From positions 864,001-928,000 of the forward strand of contig CAWDVR010000003.1 in NCBI GenBank assembly GCA_963805975.1: a stretch of DNA of 64,000 nucleotides. The letters run 5' to 3'. A program made the translations under genes and the position numbers. Shown piece by piece: positions 18,029 to 27,783 of this stretch. The notes under the pieces were generated by a model, which was not told where the DNA came from, ran no database searches, and saw only the letters and a program-made list of their open reading frames with translations. This stretch comes from an uncultured Acidobacteriota bacterium (GTDB lineage Bacteria > Acidobacteriota > Thermoanaerobaculia > Multivoradales > SZUA-115). Positions within the stretch are counted from its first letter, which is position 1. Every line of letters begins with the position of its first letter.

Positions 18029-20356
18029 ATGCAGTCGTCACGGACTGTAGGCTTTGTCGTTCGTCTGACCGTTACCGGCGCCCTGGTCCTCGTTGCACCG
18101 AGCTTCGCCGAGGATGCCGTGAAGCCTCCTTTCGAGATCACCGAGGACCGACCCCGGTGCAGCAACTACAACCCCCAGCGCCAGGCCCTCTTCGGCACCA
18201 CCCACCTGCACACCGGCCTCTCTTTCGACGCCAGCATCCGCTTCGTCGACTACGCGAGCGGCAACGATCCCCGAGGCGCCTACCGCTTCGCCCAGCGCAA
18301 GGCGCCGATCCGTATCCCCGAGCCCTCGGGCTTACAGCCCAGGCGGCGTGACACCTGCAACGACCCGGCGGCCGAGCCGGTCGGCGGTGGCCCGAGCCGC
18401 ACGCCCTGCATCGATGTGCCGCTCGACTGGGGCGCCGTGACCGACCACTCCGAGCACTTCGGGGTGATGGGTTTCTGCAAGGACTTCCTCGGCAAGAACC
18501 TGCCCGAGAGCCTGTCGATGGAGTGCCGGATGATCAACGGCTTCTTCTACGAGCCGCTCAGGGCCCTGAACCCCGTCCTGGGGAGCACTCTCGCTTCGAA
18601 CGCCTTCACCCAGCTCACCATCATGAACGACGGCGCGATCAGCAAGAACACCAACCTGCCGGTGTGCAACAACAACCCGGAGCTCTGCGCCAAGGCTGAG
18701 CTGGAGGTGTGGGGCGAGGTACAGAAGGCCGCCGAGGAGGCCTACGACCGCAGCAGCGCCTGCACCTTTACCAGCTTCATCGCCTACGAGAACACCTCGA
18801 CGCCGCTGCTCAACAACTGGCACAGGAACGTGATCTTCCGCAACGACCGAGTGGTCAAGAAGCCGGTCAACGCCATCGACATGGCGGTGGTGCTCAACAC
18901 CGACCCCACCAAGGAGCCGATCAACACTCTCCTCGCCGTGGTGCCCGATGAGCCGCGGGTGTGGCCGGTGCCGCCGGGCATCAAGGTCAACCATCCGCTG
19001 CCGCAGCCCTTCTGGAACAAGCTCGAGGAGGACTGCACGAACGGCAAGAACGTCACCGGCGGCAAGGCCCGGCGCTGCGACTTCATCACTATCCCGCACA
19101 ACTCGAACCTGGGCGGCGGCGGCGAGTTCTTCCCGCCCATGTTCCTCGAGCCCTACAACGTCGCCGACGCCAAACGGCACCAGCAGATGGAGCCCCTGGT
19201 GGAGATCTACCAGGACAAGGGCGCCAGCGAGTGCCGCTACGACCCGCGCTTCCTGGCCGGCACGGACACCATCGACGAGTTCTGCGCCTTCGAGATCCTC
19301 GACGGCAAGACCTTGGGCTCGGCCTCGGGCGTCGGCTCCTCGAGCTCCGGTGCCCCCCAAGCGCCCGACACCTGGGGCGAACGCGCCTACGTGCGCAACG
19401 TGTGGAAAGACGGGCTCGCGTACGCCGCGGCCAAGGACCACGAGGGCATCAACCCCTTCAAGATGGGGGTAGTGGCCGCCTCCGACTCGCACACCGGCGT
19501 GATGGGCTGGCATCCGGAAACCGACCAGTGGCCGGGGCACCTCGGCATCGACGATGCCTACCCCATGTCGAGCGCCTCGCACATCCAGAACGGCACTGGC
19601 GGCCCGTCGGTGGTGTGGGCCGAGGAGAACACCCGCGACTCGATCTTCGAAGCCCTGAAGCGCAAGGAGACCTACGGCACCAGCGGCCCGCGCATGAAGG
19701 TGCGCTTCTTCGGCGGCTGGGACTACCCGGCCGACGCCTGCGGCAAGGACTTCGTCGATCTCGGCTACCGGGGCGGCGTGCCCATGGGCGGCGACCTGCC
19801 CGCCCGCGCCGGGAAGGCCGGCTCTCCCACCTTCATCACCGCCGCCATCTGGGACGACAACCTCAAGACCAAGCTGCAGCAGATCCAGATCGTCAAGGGC
19901 TGGGTCGACAAGGCCGGCGACACCCACGAGCGGGTCTACAGCGTGGCCGGCGACCCCGGCAGCCCGTTCAACGCCGAGGCGGCGATCGACCCCACGACCT
20001 GCAAGGCCCGGCCGGACCTCGGCCGCGAGCGCCTGTGCGCGGTCTGGAAGGACCCGTTCTTCGACCCGAAGCAGCACGCCTTCTACTACGTGCGCGTGCT
20101 CGAGCAGCCGGTCTGCCGCTACAGCACCCTGTGGTGCCGCAAGTGGATCGGAGTCGATCCGCTCGATACCGGCACCTGCAACACCCAGCTCGCCGCTCTC
20201 CAGAGCGGCAACCCCGAGCAGAAGATCAAGGCGGCACAGGGCGCCATGTGCTGCTCCAACCAGACCACCGACACCTTCGTGCAGCCGGTGATCCAGGAAC
20301 GCGCCTGGACCTCGCCGATCTGGTACGAACCGGCGAGCAGCGTCGCCCAGAAATGA
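18029..20356 (+). CDS. DUF3604 domain secreted protein (PHP-like metallohydrolase)
   Basis: FGTTHLHTGLSFDA, VTDHSE, HRNVIFR, IPHNSN, SDSH and QERAWTSPIWY motifs; signal peptide. Confidence 0.9.
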   Translation: MQSSRTVGFVVRLTVTGALVLVAPSFAEDAVKPPFEITEDRPRCSNYNPQRQALFGTTHLHTGLSFDASIRFVDYASGNDPRGAYRFAQRKAPIRIPEPSGLQPRRRDTCNDPAAEPVGGGPSRTPCIDVPLDWGAVTDHSEHFGVMGFCKDFLGKNLPESLSMECRMINGFFYEPLRALNPVLGSTLASNAFTQLTIMNDGAISKNTNLPVCNNNPELCAKAELEVWGEVQKAAEEAYDRSSACTFTSFIAYENTSTPLLNNWHRNVIFRNDRVVKKPVNAIDMAVVLNTDPTKEPINTLLAVVPDEPRVWPVPPGIKVNHPLPQPFWNKLEEDCTNGKNVTGGKARRCDFITIPHNSNLGGGGEFFPPMFLEPYNVADAKRHQQMEPLVEIYQDKGASECRYDPRFLAGTDTIDEFCAFEILDGKTLGSASGVGSSSSGAPQAPDTWGERAYVRNVWKDGLAYAAAKDHEGINPFKMGVVAASDSHTGVMGWHPETDQWPGHLGIDDAYPMSSASHIQNGTGGPSVVWAEENTRDSIFEALKRKETYGTSGPRMKVRFFGGWDYPADACGKDFVDLGYRGGVPMGGDLPARAGKAGSPTFITAAIWDDNLKTKLQQIQIVKGWVDKAGDTHERVYSVAGDPGSPFNAEAAIDPTTCKARPDLGRERLCAVWKDPFFDPKQHAFYYVRVLEQPVCRYSTLWCRKWIGVDPLDTGTCNTQLAALQSGNPEQKIKAAQGAMCCSNQTTDTFVQPVIQERAWTSPIWYEPASSVAQK

Positions 20357-21303
20357 AGTGGCTTGCAGCGCCGGCGCTGCACATGCTGGCGCTCGGGACC
20401 CTGCTCTTCGGCTTCACCGAGCTTCGGGGCGGAGCCTTCCTGGCGCAGAAGAAGCGCATCGAGATCCCCGCCCATCGCCTCGAGCGGATGCTCGAGGAGT
20501 TTCTCTCCGACACCGGCCGCACGCCCACGCGGCCCGAGTGGGAGCAGATGATCGACATGCAGGTCGACGACGAGGTGCTCTTCCAGTATGCGATCGCCCT
20601 GGGGATGCACGAGAACACCGCCGCCCAGGCGCGCCTGGCGCAGATCGCCGAGTTCGTCGAGGCCAACCCTCACGAAGCGACCGAGGCCGGGAAGGCCGAG
20701 GCAGCCATGGACCTCGGCCTTCACGAGGGCGACCTGGTGGTTCGGCGCATCCTCGCCGACAGCGCGAAAAGGCTGATTCGCGGCGTCGTGCTCCTCCAGG
20801 AACCCGCCCCCGAGATCGTCCAGCAGTTCTATGCCGCCCACGCCGCGGAGTTCACGCGGCCGGCGCGCATCCGCATCTCGCAGATCGCGGTCAATGGCTT
20901 CGTGCGGCCGGACTCCGAGGAGAGAGCCCGCCGGCTGCTCGCGCGGATCCGCGCCGAGGAGCTCGACCTCGAGGCCGCGCTGGCGCTCGCCGACGAAACG
21001 CCGGCATCGGTGCACCTGGCGCTGCAAACCGCGCAGGGCCTCCAGTCGCAGCTCGGTGGCGACTTCGCCACCGCGGTCATGGCGCTCGAGCCCGGGCGCT
21101 GGTCGGGCCCGATCCCGTCGGACTACGGGCACCATCTGGTCTGGGTCCACGAGCTCCAGAAAGCCGACGTCCTGCCGCTCGAGTCCGTGCGGGATCAGGT
21201 CGAACAGGCGCTGCTCCAGAAGCTGGCCGACGACTGGCTCAGGCTGCGGCTGCGCGAGCTGCGCACCGAGTTCGAGATCGTCGTGCCGGGGAGGGCTTCG
21301 TGA
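20353..21303 (+). CDS. PpiC-type peptidyl-prolyl isomerase-like protein
   Basis: PALHMLALG N-anchor, DLVVRR, WSGPIPSDYGHHLV; ATGA overlap with DUF3604. Confidence 0.82.
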   Translation: MKWLAAPALHMLALGTLLFGFTELRGGAFLAQKKRIEIPAHRLERMLEEFLSDTGRTPTRPEWEQMIDMQVDDEVLFQYAIALGMHENTAAQARLAQIAEFVEANPHEATEAGKAEAAMDLGLHEGDLVVRRILADSAKRLIRGVVLLQEPAPEIVQQFYAAHAAEFTRPARIRISQIAVNGFVRPDSEERARRLLARIRAEELDLEAALALADETPASVHLALQTAQGLQSQLGGDFATAVMALEPGRWSGPIPSDYGHHLVWVHELQKADVLPLESVRDQVEQALLQKLADDWLRLRLRELRTEFEIVVPGRAS

Positions 21304-22301
21304 TGGGCCGGCTTCGACGCGGCCTGCTCGTGTTGCCTCTCTTGGCCCTGGCTGCCGCCGCTCCGGCCGCGGCGCACCAGTTCGCGCCCGCCCTGCTCGA
21401 GATCGAGGAGCTTTCGGCCGCCGAGGCCCAGGTGAGCTGGAAGCAGCCGGCGGTCCGGGTGCAGGGAAGCCAATTGCGCCCGGTGTTGCCGGTCGAGTGT
21501 GAAGGCATCGGCGATCCGGAGGTGCAGAAGGAAGGCACCGGCATCCGTGCCCGCTGGCGGATCCGGTGTCCGGGCGGGCTCTCCGGCAAGTCGGTAGGAG
21601 TCGAAGGCATTGCCGGCAGCCAGGCCGACGTGCTGCTGCGCGTCACTCTCCGCGACGGCCGTCGGATCCGCCATGTGCTCAAGGCCGAAGCACCCAGCTT
21701 CCGGATCGACGCCGACAGCAGCCGCGCCGGGGTCTTCAAAGACTACGCCCTGCTGGGAGTGGAGCACATCCTGCTCGGCTGGGATCACCTGCTCTTCGTG
21801 CTGGCCCTGGTGCTGCTCGTCGGCTGGGGAAGATCCCTGGTGTGGACGATCACATCCTTCACCGCCGGCCACAGCATCACCCTGGCCCTGGCTGCGCTGG
21901 GAGTGGTGCACGTGCCGCAGGCCCCGATCGAAGCCGCCATCGCGGGGAGCATCTACTTCCTCGCGGTCGAGCTCACCCGCGTGCGCTTAGGGTCCAAGAC
22001 GCTGACGCAAAGGGCCCCCTGGGCGGTCGCCGCCGGCTTCGGCCTGCTGCACGGCCTCGGCTTTGCCGGCGCCCTAGCCGAGGTCGGCCTGCCCACAGAG
22101 GAGATCCCGCTGGCGCTCTTCTCCTTCAACGTCGGGCTCGAGCTGGGCCAGCTCGCCTTCGTCGGTGCCGTGCTCCTCGTCGCCGCGGCGCTCCGCAGGG
22201 TACCGGTCGCCTGGCCGCAATGGTCGAAGGCCGTGCCGGCCTACGGCATCGGCGCGATGGCCACTTTCTGGTTCCTGCAGAGGGCCGTCTCGCTGCTGTG
22301 A
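21303..22301 (+). CDS. HupE/UreJ family membrane protein
   Basis: LGVEHILLGWDHLLF, FTAGHSITL, GLLHGLGFA and FNVGLELGQ motifs. Confidence 0.9.
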   Translation: MGRLRRGLLVLPLLALAAAAPAAAHQFAPALLEIEELSAAEAQVSWKQPAVRVQGSQLRPVLPVECEGIGDPEVQKEGTGIRARWRIRCPGGLSGKSVGVEGIAGSQADVLLRVTLRDGRRIRHVLKAEAPSFRIDADSSRAGVFKDYALLGVEHILLGWDHLLFVLALVLLVGWGRSLVWTITSFTAGHSITLALAALGVVHVPQAPIEAAIAGSIYFLAVELTRVRLGSKTLTQRAPWAVAAGFGLLHGLGFAGALAEVGLPTEEIPLALFSFNVGLELGQLAFVGAVLLVAAALRRVPVAWPQWSKAVPAYGIGAMATFWFLQRAVSLL

Positions 22302-22336
22302 TCAGCGCTTCGGACTGCTGTCATCGAACGACGCCG

Positions 22337-24013
22337 TCAGTCCAACCCCTCGACGCAAAGGAAGGGCCGATCTGATCCCGAGCCGCCCGACCCCGAAACA
22401 GAGCACGGTTCGAGGTAAGGCGCCCAGGGGGTAGCGCCGGGAGTGAGGACCGTGCCGTGCCACTCCCGGCCGGCGCCTCGGTTCAGCTCCAGGAAGCCGA
22501 ACTCCTCGACCGAGAAGCCGCTCGCCTGGGCGCCGTCGACGGTCTGCTGGAAGCTCCCCTGGGGCGGCTCGGTGTCCTGCTGCACGCCACTGTTGCCGAC
22601 CACCAGCGCCTGCGGCCTGCCGGCACCCTCAGCGAACGTCAGCGACTCGAAGCGGTGCATGTGGCCGGCGAGGAGCAGGTCCAGCTCGGCCAACAGGGCG
22701 GTGCCGGACTCCCGCGCGAAGGCGCATTGCAGGGTGCGGTTGAGAACCGCATAGGGAGCCGGTGCGCCGCTGCCCGGCTGGCCGTCGCAGCCGTAGGGAG
22801 GGCCGTCGGCCTCGCCTTCCACCGCCCACACCGGGCGGTGGCTCATCAGCCAGGCCGGGGAGCCATCGATGCGCGCGGCGACCGCCGCCAGTTGGCCGGC
22901 ATAGAGGTCGGTGAAGTTGGGCAGCTCGTCGCAGGCGTTGGCCGAGTCGAGCACCGCCAGCGTCAGGCCCTCGAGGGCGAGCACACGGGGAGGCACGAAG
23001 GCGAGATGCGGCAGGGCCGGCCCGGGTCCGCCCTGGGGACTGTCCTGGGGTGGGCAGGCGAGCTGAGTGCCGCCGCCCTCGGCGAGCTCGGAGCTCGAGT
23101 CGAGGAAATAGAACCAGCCCGGGCCGGCGTGGCTGCACAGCTCGTGGTTGCCGCGCGCGAGAACCCACGGCGCCGCCGCCAACAGCTCCGCCGCCGGCTG
23201 GAAGAAGTCCAGCCACCACGCCGGCCAGGCGTCGGCGTCCGGGTTGCCGGTGGAGTTCTGGCTGTAATAGGGGCCCGGCATCTCGCAGCGCTCCGCAGGA
23301 TCGGCGCCGTCGCCGGCGTCGTAGTACCACTGTTGGACTTTCTGACCACCGACCGTCTGCTCGAAGCCTGAAGGCGTGCCGCGGTAGTTGTAGTCACCCA
23401 CGTGGAGGACGAGGTCCGGCCGCCGGCCGGCGGCGGCCTGAGCGAGCGCCGGGAAGGGCCACGCCGGATCGTCGAGGCCGCATCCTTCCTGGTTCTTGGG
23501 CTTGCATCCTGTGTCCCCCAGCACCGCCACCCGCCGCACTTCTCGCCGCGCCACCGGCAAAGCCGGCCCGCCGTCGTCCACTGTGAAGCGCCGATCGAAC
23601 GGCACGACCGCCTCGCAGACGTCGACCTCGAAGCCATGGGGGTTGAGGCGCTTGCGCATCGCGACGGCGCCGCCACCGCCGACCAGCTCGGGACAGCTCT
23701 GCCCGGAGGCCACGACCACCCGCGCGAAGGCCACCGGCTCGCCGCCGGGCGACTCGCCCAGCAGCACGTAGAAAGCCAGCGACGACGGCGCGCCCTCCCT
23801 ACCGAGAGCTGGTGCCAGCCCGGACGTGGCGCAGCCGGTGGCGGCGCAGCCGACGAGGGCCAGCAGCATCAGCTCTGGCAGCCCGAAGCGATGGCGAAGC
23901 GCAGTCACGATTCTGCGCTCCAGTCTACCAGGCCGGCGCGTCGGCGCACCCGCGGCGGCGGTAAAGGCGCCCAGTGCCTGGAGCCTCTCAGGAGAGACAA
24001 GTTGGCTTGACAT
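22337..24013 (-). CDS. Calcineurin-like metallophosphoesterase (probably exported or lipoprotein)
   Basis: GDTGC, HVGDYNYR, RGNHE, SHRP and AGHMH motifs. Start uncertain (24013 or near 23869). Confidence 0.85.
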   Translation of the reverse strand: MSSQLVSPERLQALGAFTAAAGAPTRRPGRLERRIVTALRHRFGLPELMLLALVGCAATGCATSGLAPALGREGAPSSLAFYVLLGESPGGEPVAFARVVVASGQSCPELVGGGGAVAMRKRLNPHGFEVDVCEAVVPFDRRFTVDDGGPALPVARREVRRVAVLGDTGCKPKNQEGCGLDDPAWPFPALAQAAAGRRPDLVLHVGDYNYRGTPSGFEQTVGGQKVQQWYYDAGDGADPAERCEMPGPYYSQNSTGNPDADAWPAWWLDFFQPAAELLAAAPWVLARGNHELCSHAGPGWFYFLDSSSELAEGGGTQLACPPQDSPQGGPGPALPHLAFVPPRVLALEGLTLAVLDSANACDELPNFTDLYAGQLAAVAARIDGSPAWLMSHRPVWAVEGEADGPPYGCDGQPGSGAPAPYAVLNRTLQCAFARESGTALLAELDLLLAGHMHRFESLTFAEGAGRPQALVVGNSGVQQDTEPPQGSFQQTVDGAQASGFSVEEFGFLELNRGAGREWHGTVLTPGATPWAPYLEPCSVSGSGGSGSDRPFLCVEGLD

Positions 24014-24058
24014 AAGGGAAAGTGCACTGTACTCTCCGTGTGTCAAGCAAGCTTGGCC
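23995..24058. promoter_or_regulatory. Sigma70 promoter with two imperfect palindromic operators (TGTCAAG-N4-CTTGACA type)
   Basis: TTGACA(24007)-N17-TACTCT(24030). AGACAAG-ttgg-CTTGACA and TGTCAAG-caag-CTTGGCC flank it, upstream of an XRE operon. Confidence 0.6.
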
Positions 24059-24080
24059 TAATGACAAGGAGATAAGACCT

Positions 24081-24506
24081 ATGAAATCGACTGAAGACTC
24101 TCTTCCCGGCCTCTGCGCCAGCCCCCAGCGCGATCGACGCAACCAGCAGCGTGTCGCGCTGTGGGCCTCCGTCTGGGCCTTCTCCTTCCTCGCCGTCACG
24201 CTGGCGATCAGGAAACAGTGGCTGCCCTTCGAGGTGACCCTCGCGGGGGTGATCGGCCACTCGCTCCTCGGCATCGCGACCGTTCTGGCGTATCAGCGAT
24301 TCCTGCACGAAACCGACGAGCTGCGGCGCAAGATCGAGGTGGAGGCGCTCGCCCTGGCGTTCGGGGTCGGTATGGTCGGAGGCCTGACCTACTGGCTCCT
24401 TGCGGTGAGCGGCGCCGTGCCCGTATGGGGATTCGCCTTCGTCTTCGCCGTGATGCTCCTCAGTTACTCCTTCGGAGTCATGGCCGGCCGCCGGAGGTAC
24501 GCGTGA
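24081..24506 (+). CDS. Small 4-TM membrane protein
   Basis: AAGGAG RBS; 'DELRRKIEVEALALAFG' motif typical of proteins encoded next to XRE regulators. Confidence 0.75.
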   Translation: MKSTEDSLPGLCASPQRDRRNQQRVALWASVWAFSFLAVTLAIRKQWLPFEVTLAGVIGHSLLGIATVLAYQRFLHETDELRRKIEVEALALAFGVGMVGGLTYWLLAVSGAVPVWGFAFVFAVMLLSYSFGVMAGRRRYA

Positions 24507-24703
24507 AGAACCGGTTGAAGGTGCTGCGAGCCGAGCGCGACTGGACGCAGGCCGACCTAGCCCATCGACTGGAGGTCTCGCGTCAGACGGTCAACGCCAT
24601 CGAGAAGGGCAAATACGACCCCAGCCTGCCCCTGGCCTTTCGCATCTCACGAGTCTTCGCGACGCCGATCGAGGAGATCTTCGATCCCGAGGAGGCAAGA
24701 TGA
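24503..24703 (+). CDS. Cro/C1 (XRE) helix-turn-helix regulator
   Basis: VKNRLKVLRAERDWTQADLA..VSRQTVNAIEKGKYDPSLPLAF. Confidence 0.92.
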   Translation: MKNRLKVLRAERDWTQADLAHRLEVSRQTVNAIEKGKYDPSLPLAFRISRVFATPIEEIFDPEEAR

Positions 24704-24718
24704 ACCGACATGGGCGGT

Positions 24719-25108
24719 TCAGGCGAACCCGTCCCTCTCCAGCAGCTCGCGCACCTCGGGGTGGGCTGCCAGGTAGCTGTCGGCCATGGCTCGGTGCTCC
24801 GCGTTGAGAGAGAGGGCAAACAGGCAGGCCTGGCGCGGGTCCTCGACCTGCTCGGGTCCGAGGCGCTCGATCACGGCGGTCAAGAAGCCCATGCTGGCGA
24901 GGCGCGCCGCGTCGCCCTCGAACTGGTCGGCGAAGGGCCGAGAGGCTTCCACCAGCAGATCGCTCTTCCGCGCCCAGGGGAGCAGGCGGATGCGCTCGGT
25001 GAACTCGTCCACCGTCCGCTGCATGTCGGAATTGAGCTTCTCGTAGAGCACTGTGCGCTGGATTGTAGGCGATGCCGGAAGCCACGTAGGGAGTGACGTT
25101 TCCCACAC
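24719..25108 (-). CDS. Hypothetical protein (has a decayed paralog at about 14.1 kb)
   Basis: 129 aa ORF with host-like codon usage and a homologous fragment elsewhere in the window. Confidence 0.6.
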   Translation of the reverse strand: MWETSLPTWLPASPTIQRTVLYEKLNSDMQRTVDEFTERIRLLPWARKSDLLVEASRPFADQFEGDAARLASMGFLTAVIERLGPEQVEDPRQACLFALSLNAEHRAMADSYLAAHPEVRELLERDGFA

Positions 25109-25132
25109 CTGAGCTTCGCCAAAAGATGGGTA

Positions 25133-25161
25133 TTGACTTCTTGGTAGGCGCTAACTAGCAT
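25133..25161 (+). promoter_or_regulatory. Sigma70 promoter of the Cys-rich peptide gene
   Basis: TTGACT-N17-TAGCAT in an AT-rich patch, with AAGGAG RBS downstream. Confidence 0.65.
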
Positions 25162-25203
25162 TCTTCTATTCGTCGTTACTTTACGAATCGTAAAGGAGAT
25201 GCT

Positions 25204-25590
25204 ATGGAGCTGAAGCGCGTCGCGTGTCTTCTGTCGATGCTGGCCCTGGTCCTGCTGGCGGCCCCGGTGTTCGCCGAGCCCGCCCTGGAGGTCCCGGCCG
25301 CTCCCGCCCTGCAGGGCTCCCCGCCCCAGGAAGCTGCCCAGGTTTCGCTCGAAGCGCTCCTTGGCCTCGATCCGAAGCCGCTCTACGCCGCCGCCGGCGC
25401 GGGTGGCCGCGGCCGGACGCAGGGCGGCCTCAGCTTCTCGCCGGGCCGCAGCAGCGAAACCTGTGAGTGGTACTGGATCCAGTGCAGCAACGGCGCCTCC
25501 GACTCCTGCTGTGCGGACCTCTGGAACTGCTGGGACTACTGCGAGAGCTTCTGCGGAGGCCCTTGCGTGTACGTCCCGAACGAGACCTGA
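25204..25590 (+). CDS. Secreted Cys-rich peptide precursor (signal + propeptide + 8-Cys core)
   Basis: Signal ending VFA, Ala/Pro spacer, core CX6CX7CCX5CX3CX3CX3C. Confidence 0.8.
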   Translation: MELKRVACLLSMLALVLLAAPVFAEPALEVPAAPALQGSPPQEAAQVSLEALLGLDPKPLYAAAGAGGRGRTQGGLSFSPGRSSETCEWYWIQCSNGASDSCCADLWNCWDYCESFCGGPCVYVPNET

Positions 25591-25796
25591 GTTTCCCGCA
25601 CAAAGCTCCCTTCGTCCTCGGCCTTCTCCCAGAGGCCGAGGACGAACCCGCACCGCCACTGTAACGATTCCTCCCCGGCTCCCGACCAACCTTTCCAGCC
25701 AACGACGAGTGGGCGGCGTGCCGCCGGCGGCGGCCCCGCGCGTCGAGCGCTCGTTCCCCAGCTCCTTGGGCGAACGTCACTAAAAGGGAGCCGACC

Positions 25797-27770
25797 ATGC
25801 CGACTGCCCCCACGTATCCCGGTGTCTACATCGAGGAGGTCCCCAGCGGGGTGCGGACCCTGGTCGGTGTCGCCACCTCGATCGGCGCATTCGTCGACTC
25901 GTTCCGGCGCGGGCCGGTCGACGAGGCGCTGCGCATCACGAGCTACGCCGACTTCGAGCGCGACTTCGGCGGCCTCGAAGCCACCAGCGAGGCGAGCTAC
26001 GCCATCCAGCAGTTCTACTTGAACGGCGGCACCGAGGCGCACGTGGTGCGGGTGGGGACGGCACCGCTCGCCGTCGCGGAAGAGCTGCTGCTGCCGGGCG
26101 ACGCTGCCGAGATGCGCGTTTTCGCCGGGCGTCGCATGCGGGGCGCGGCCGTCGAGGACCCCGGCACCTGGGGCAACTTCCTGCGCCTGGAGGTGGACTA
26201 CGACACCGCCACCCTCCCCAACGCCGGCCTGGACCCGAACGGCACCCTCACCCAGGACGAGCTCTTCAACCTCACGATCTCGGAGGTCGAGCTCCGCGAC
26301 GGCCGCACCTTCGTGCGCCAGAGCGAGACCTTCCGCAATCTGACGCTGCGCCCCGGCGCGCGCACCAACCTGCTGGCGGTGGTCAACGAGGGCTCGAAGC
26401 TGGTGCAGATCGCGCAGACGGGAGCGGGGCCGATCCCCGATCCGCCGCCGCGGCCCGAGGCCACCGGCACGCTCTCCGACGCGCTGGTCCAGCCAGCGTT
26501 CCTCCCCGCGGACGGGACCACGCTGACCTTCGACCTCGATCCGGGCGGTGGCGGCGCCGTGCTGGCGAACCAGGTGGCCACCGTGGACTTTGGCGGTGTC
26601 GCGCCGACCACCTACGTGGGCCTGCGGCCGTTCCTCGAAGCGGCGATCCGCGCCGTCGACCCGAACGACCCGCTGCTCTCGGGCGCCGTGGTGCAGCTCG
26701 CCGGCAACCGCTTCCGGGTGCTGCTGGGCCGGAGCGGGCGCGACTTCCACGCCGACGCCACGATCACCTTCCAGGCCGGCGCCAACGAGGACGGGCTCCT
26801 GCTCTCGGCCGCCGCCACCGTCGGCCCGCAGCAGATCCCGCTCGGCGGCGGCGATGACAGCGGCGCGCTCACCGACGCGGCGCTGCGGGGCGTGCGGGCG
26901 GCGAAGACCGGGCTCTTCGCGCTGGAAGATGCGGACCTCTTCAACATCCTCTGCGTGCCGGCGGCGGCCGAGCTCGCCGCCAACGACATGCGTGCCTTCT
27001 ACACCGCCGCCACCGCCTACTGCGAGGAGCGGCGCTCGTTCCTCATCGTCGACATCCCGCCGACCACCGACGACCTCGACGGCATGGAGACCTGGCTCAC
27101 CGAGAACGCCACTCTCCGCCACCGGAACGCCGCCGTCTACTTCCCGCGCCCGCGGATCGCCGATCCCCTGCAGCAGAACCGGCTGCGCAGCGTGGGCGCG
27201 AGCGGCACCCTGGCCGGCCTCTACGCCGCCACCGACGCCTCGCGCGGCGTGTGGAAGGCACCGGCCGGCACCGAGGCGCGGCTGCGCGGCGTGCAGGACC
27301 TGGACGACGTGCTCACCGACCGCGAGAACGGCGTGCTCAACCCGCTGGGCGTCAACTGCCTGCGCAACTTCCCGGTATTCGGCAACATCGCCTGGGGTGC
27401 GCGCACCCTCGACGGCGCCGACCAGCAGGCCTCGGAGTGGAAGTACATCCCGGTGCGCCGGCTGGCGCTCTACCTCGAAGAGAGCCTCTACCGCGGCACC
27501 AAGTGGGTGGTGTTCGAGCCCAACGACGAGCCGCTGTGGTCGCAGATCCGCCTCAACCTCGGGGCTTTCATGCAGGGCCTCTTCCGCCAGGGCGCCTTCC
27601 AGGGACGGAGCGCCCGCGAGGCCTACTTCGTCAAGTGCGACACCGAGACCACCACCCAGGCCGACATCAACCTCGGCATCGTCAACGTCGTGGTGGGCTT
27701 CGCGCCGCTCAAGCCGGCGGAGTTCGTGATCCTGAAGATCCAGCAGATGGCGGGACAGATCCCCACTTAA
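25797..27770 (+). CDS. Contractile tail sheath protein (Afp2/3/4-like)
   Basis: TYPGVYIEE, RGVWKAPAG, WGARTL, WKYIPVRR, WVVFEPND and APLKPAEFV motifs. Confidence 0.95.
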   Translation: MPTAPTYPGVYIEEVPSGVRTLVGVATSIGAFVDSFRRGPVDEALRITSYADFERDFGGLEATSEASYAIQQFYLNGGTEAHVVRVGTAPLAVAEELLLPGDAAEMRVFAGRRMRGAAVEDPGTWGNFLRLEVDYDTATLPNAGLDPNGTLTQDELFNLTISEVELRDGRTFVRQSETFRNLTLRPGARTNLLAVVNEGSKLVQIAQTGAGPIPDPPPRPEATGTLSDALVQPAFLPADGTTLTFDLDPGGGGAVLANQVATVDFGGVAPTTYVGLRPFLEAAIRAVDPNDPLLSGAVVQLAGNRFRVLLGRSGRDFHADATITFQAGANEDGLLLSAAATVGPQQIPLGGGDDSGALTDAALRGVRAAKTGLFALEDADLFNILCVPAAAELAANDMRAFYTAATAYCEERRSFLIVDIPPTTDDLDGMETWLTENATLRHRNAAVYFPRPRIADPLQQNRLRSVGASGTLAGLYAATDASRGVWKAPAGTEARLRGVQDLDDVLTDRENGVLNPLGVNCLRNFPVFGNIAWGARTLDGADQQASEWKYIPVRRLALYLEESLYRGTKWVVFEPNDEPLWSQIRLNLGAFMQGLFRQGAFQGRSAREAYFVKCDTETTTQADINLGIVNVVVGFAPLKPAEFVILKIQQMAGQIPT

Positions 27771-27783
27771 GGAGGCGAGCGCC

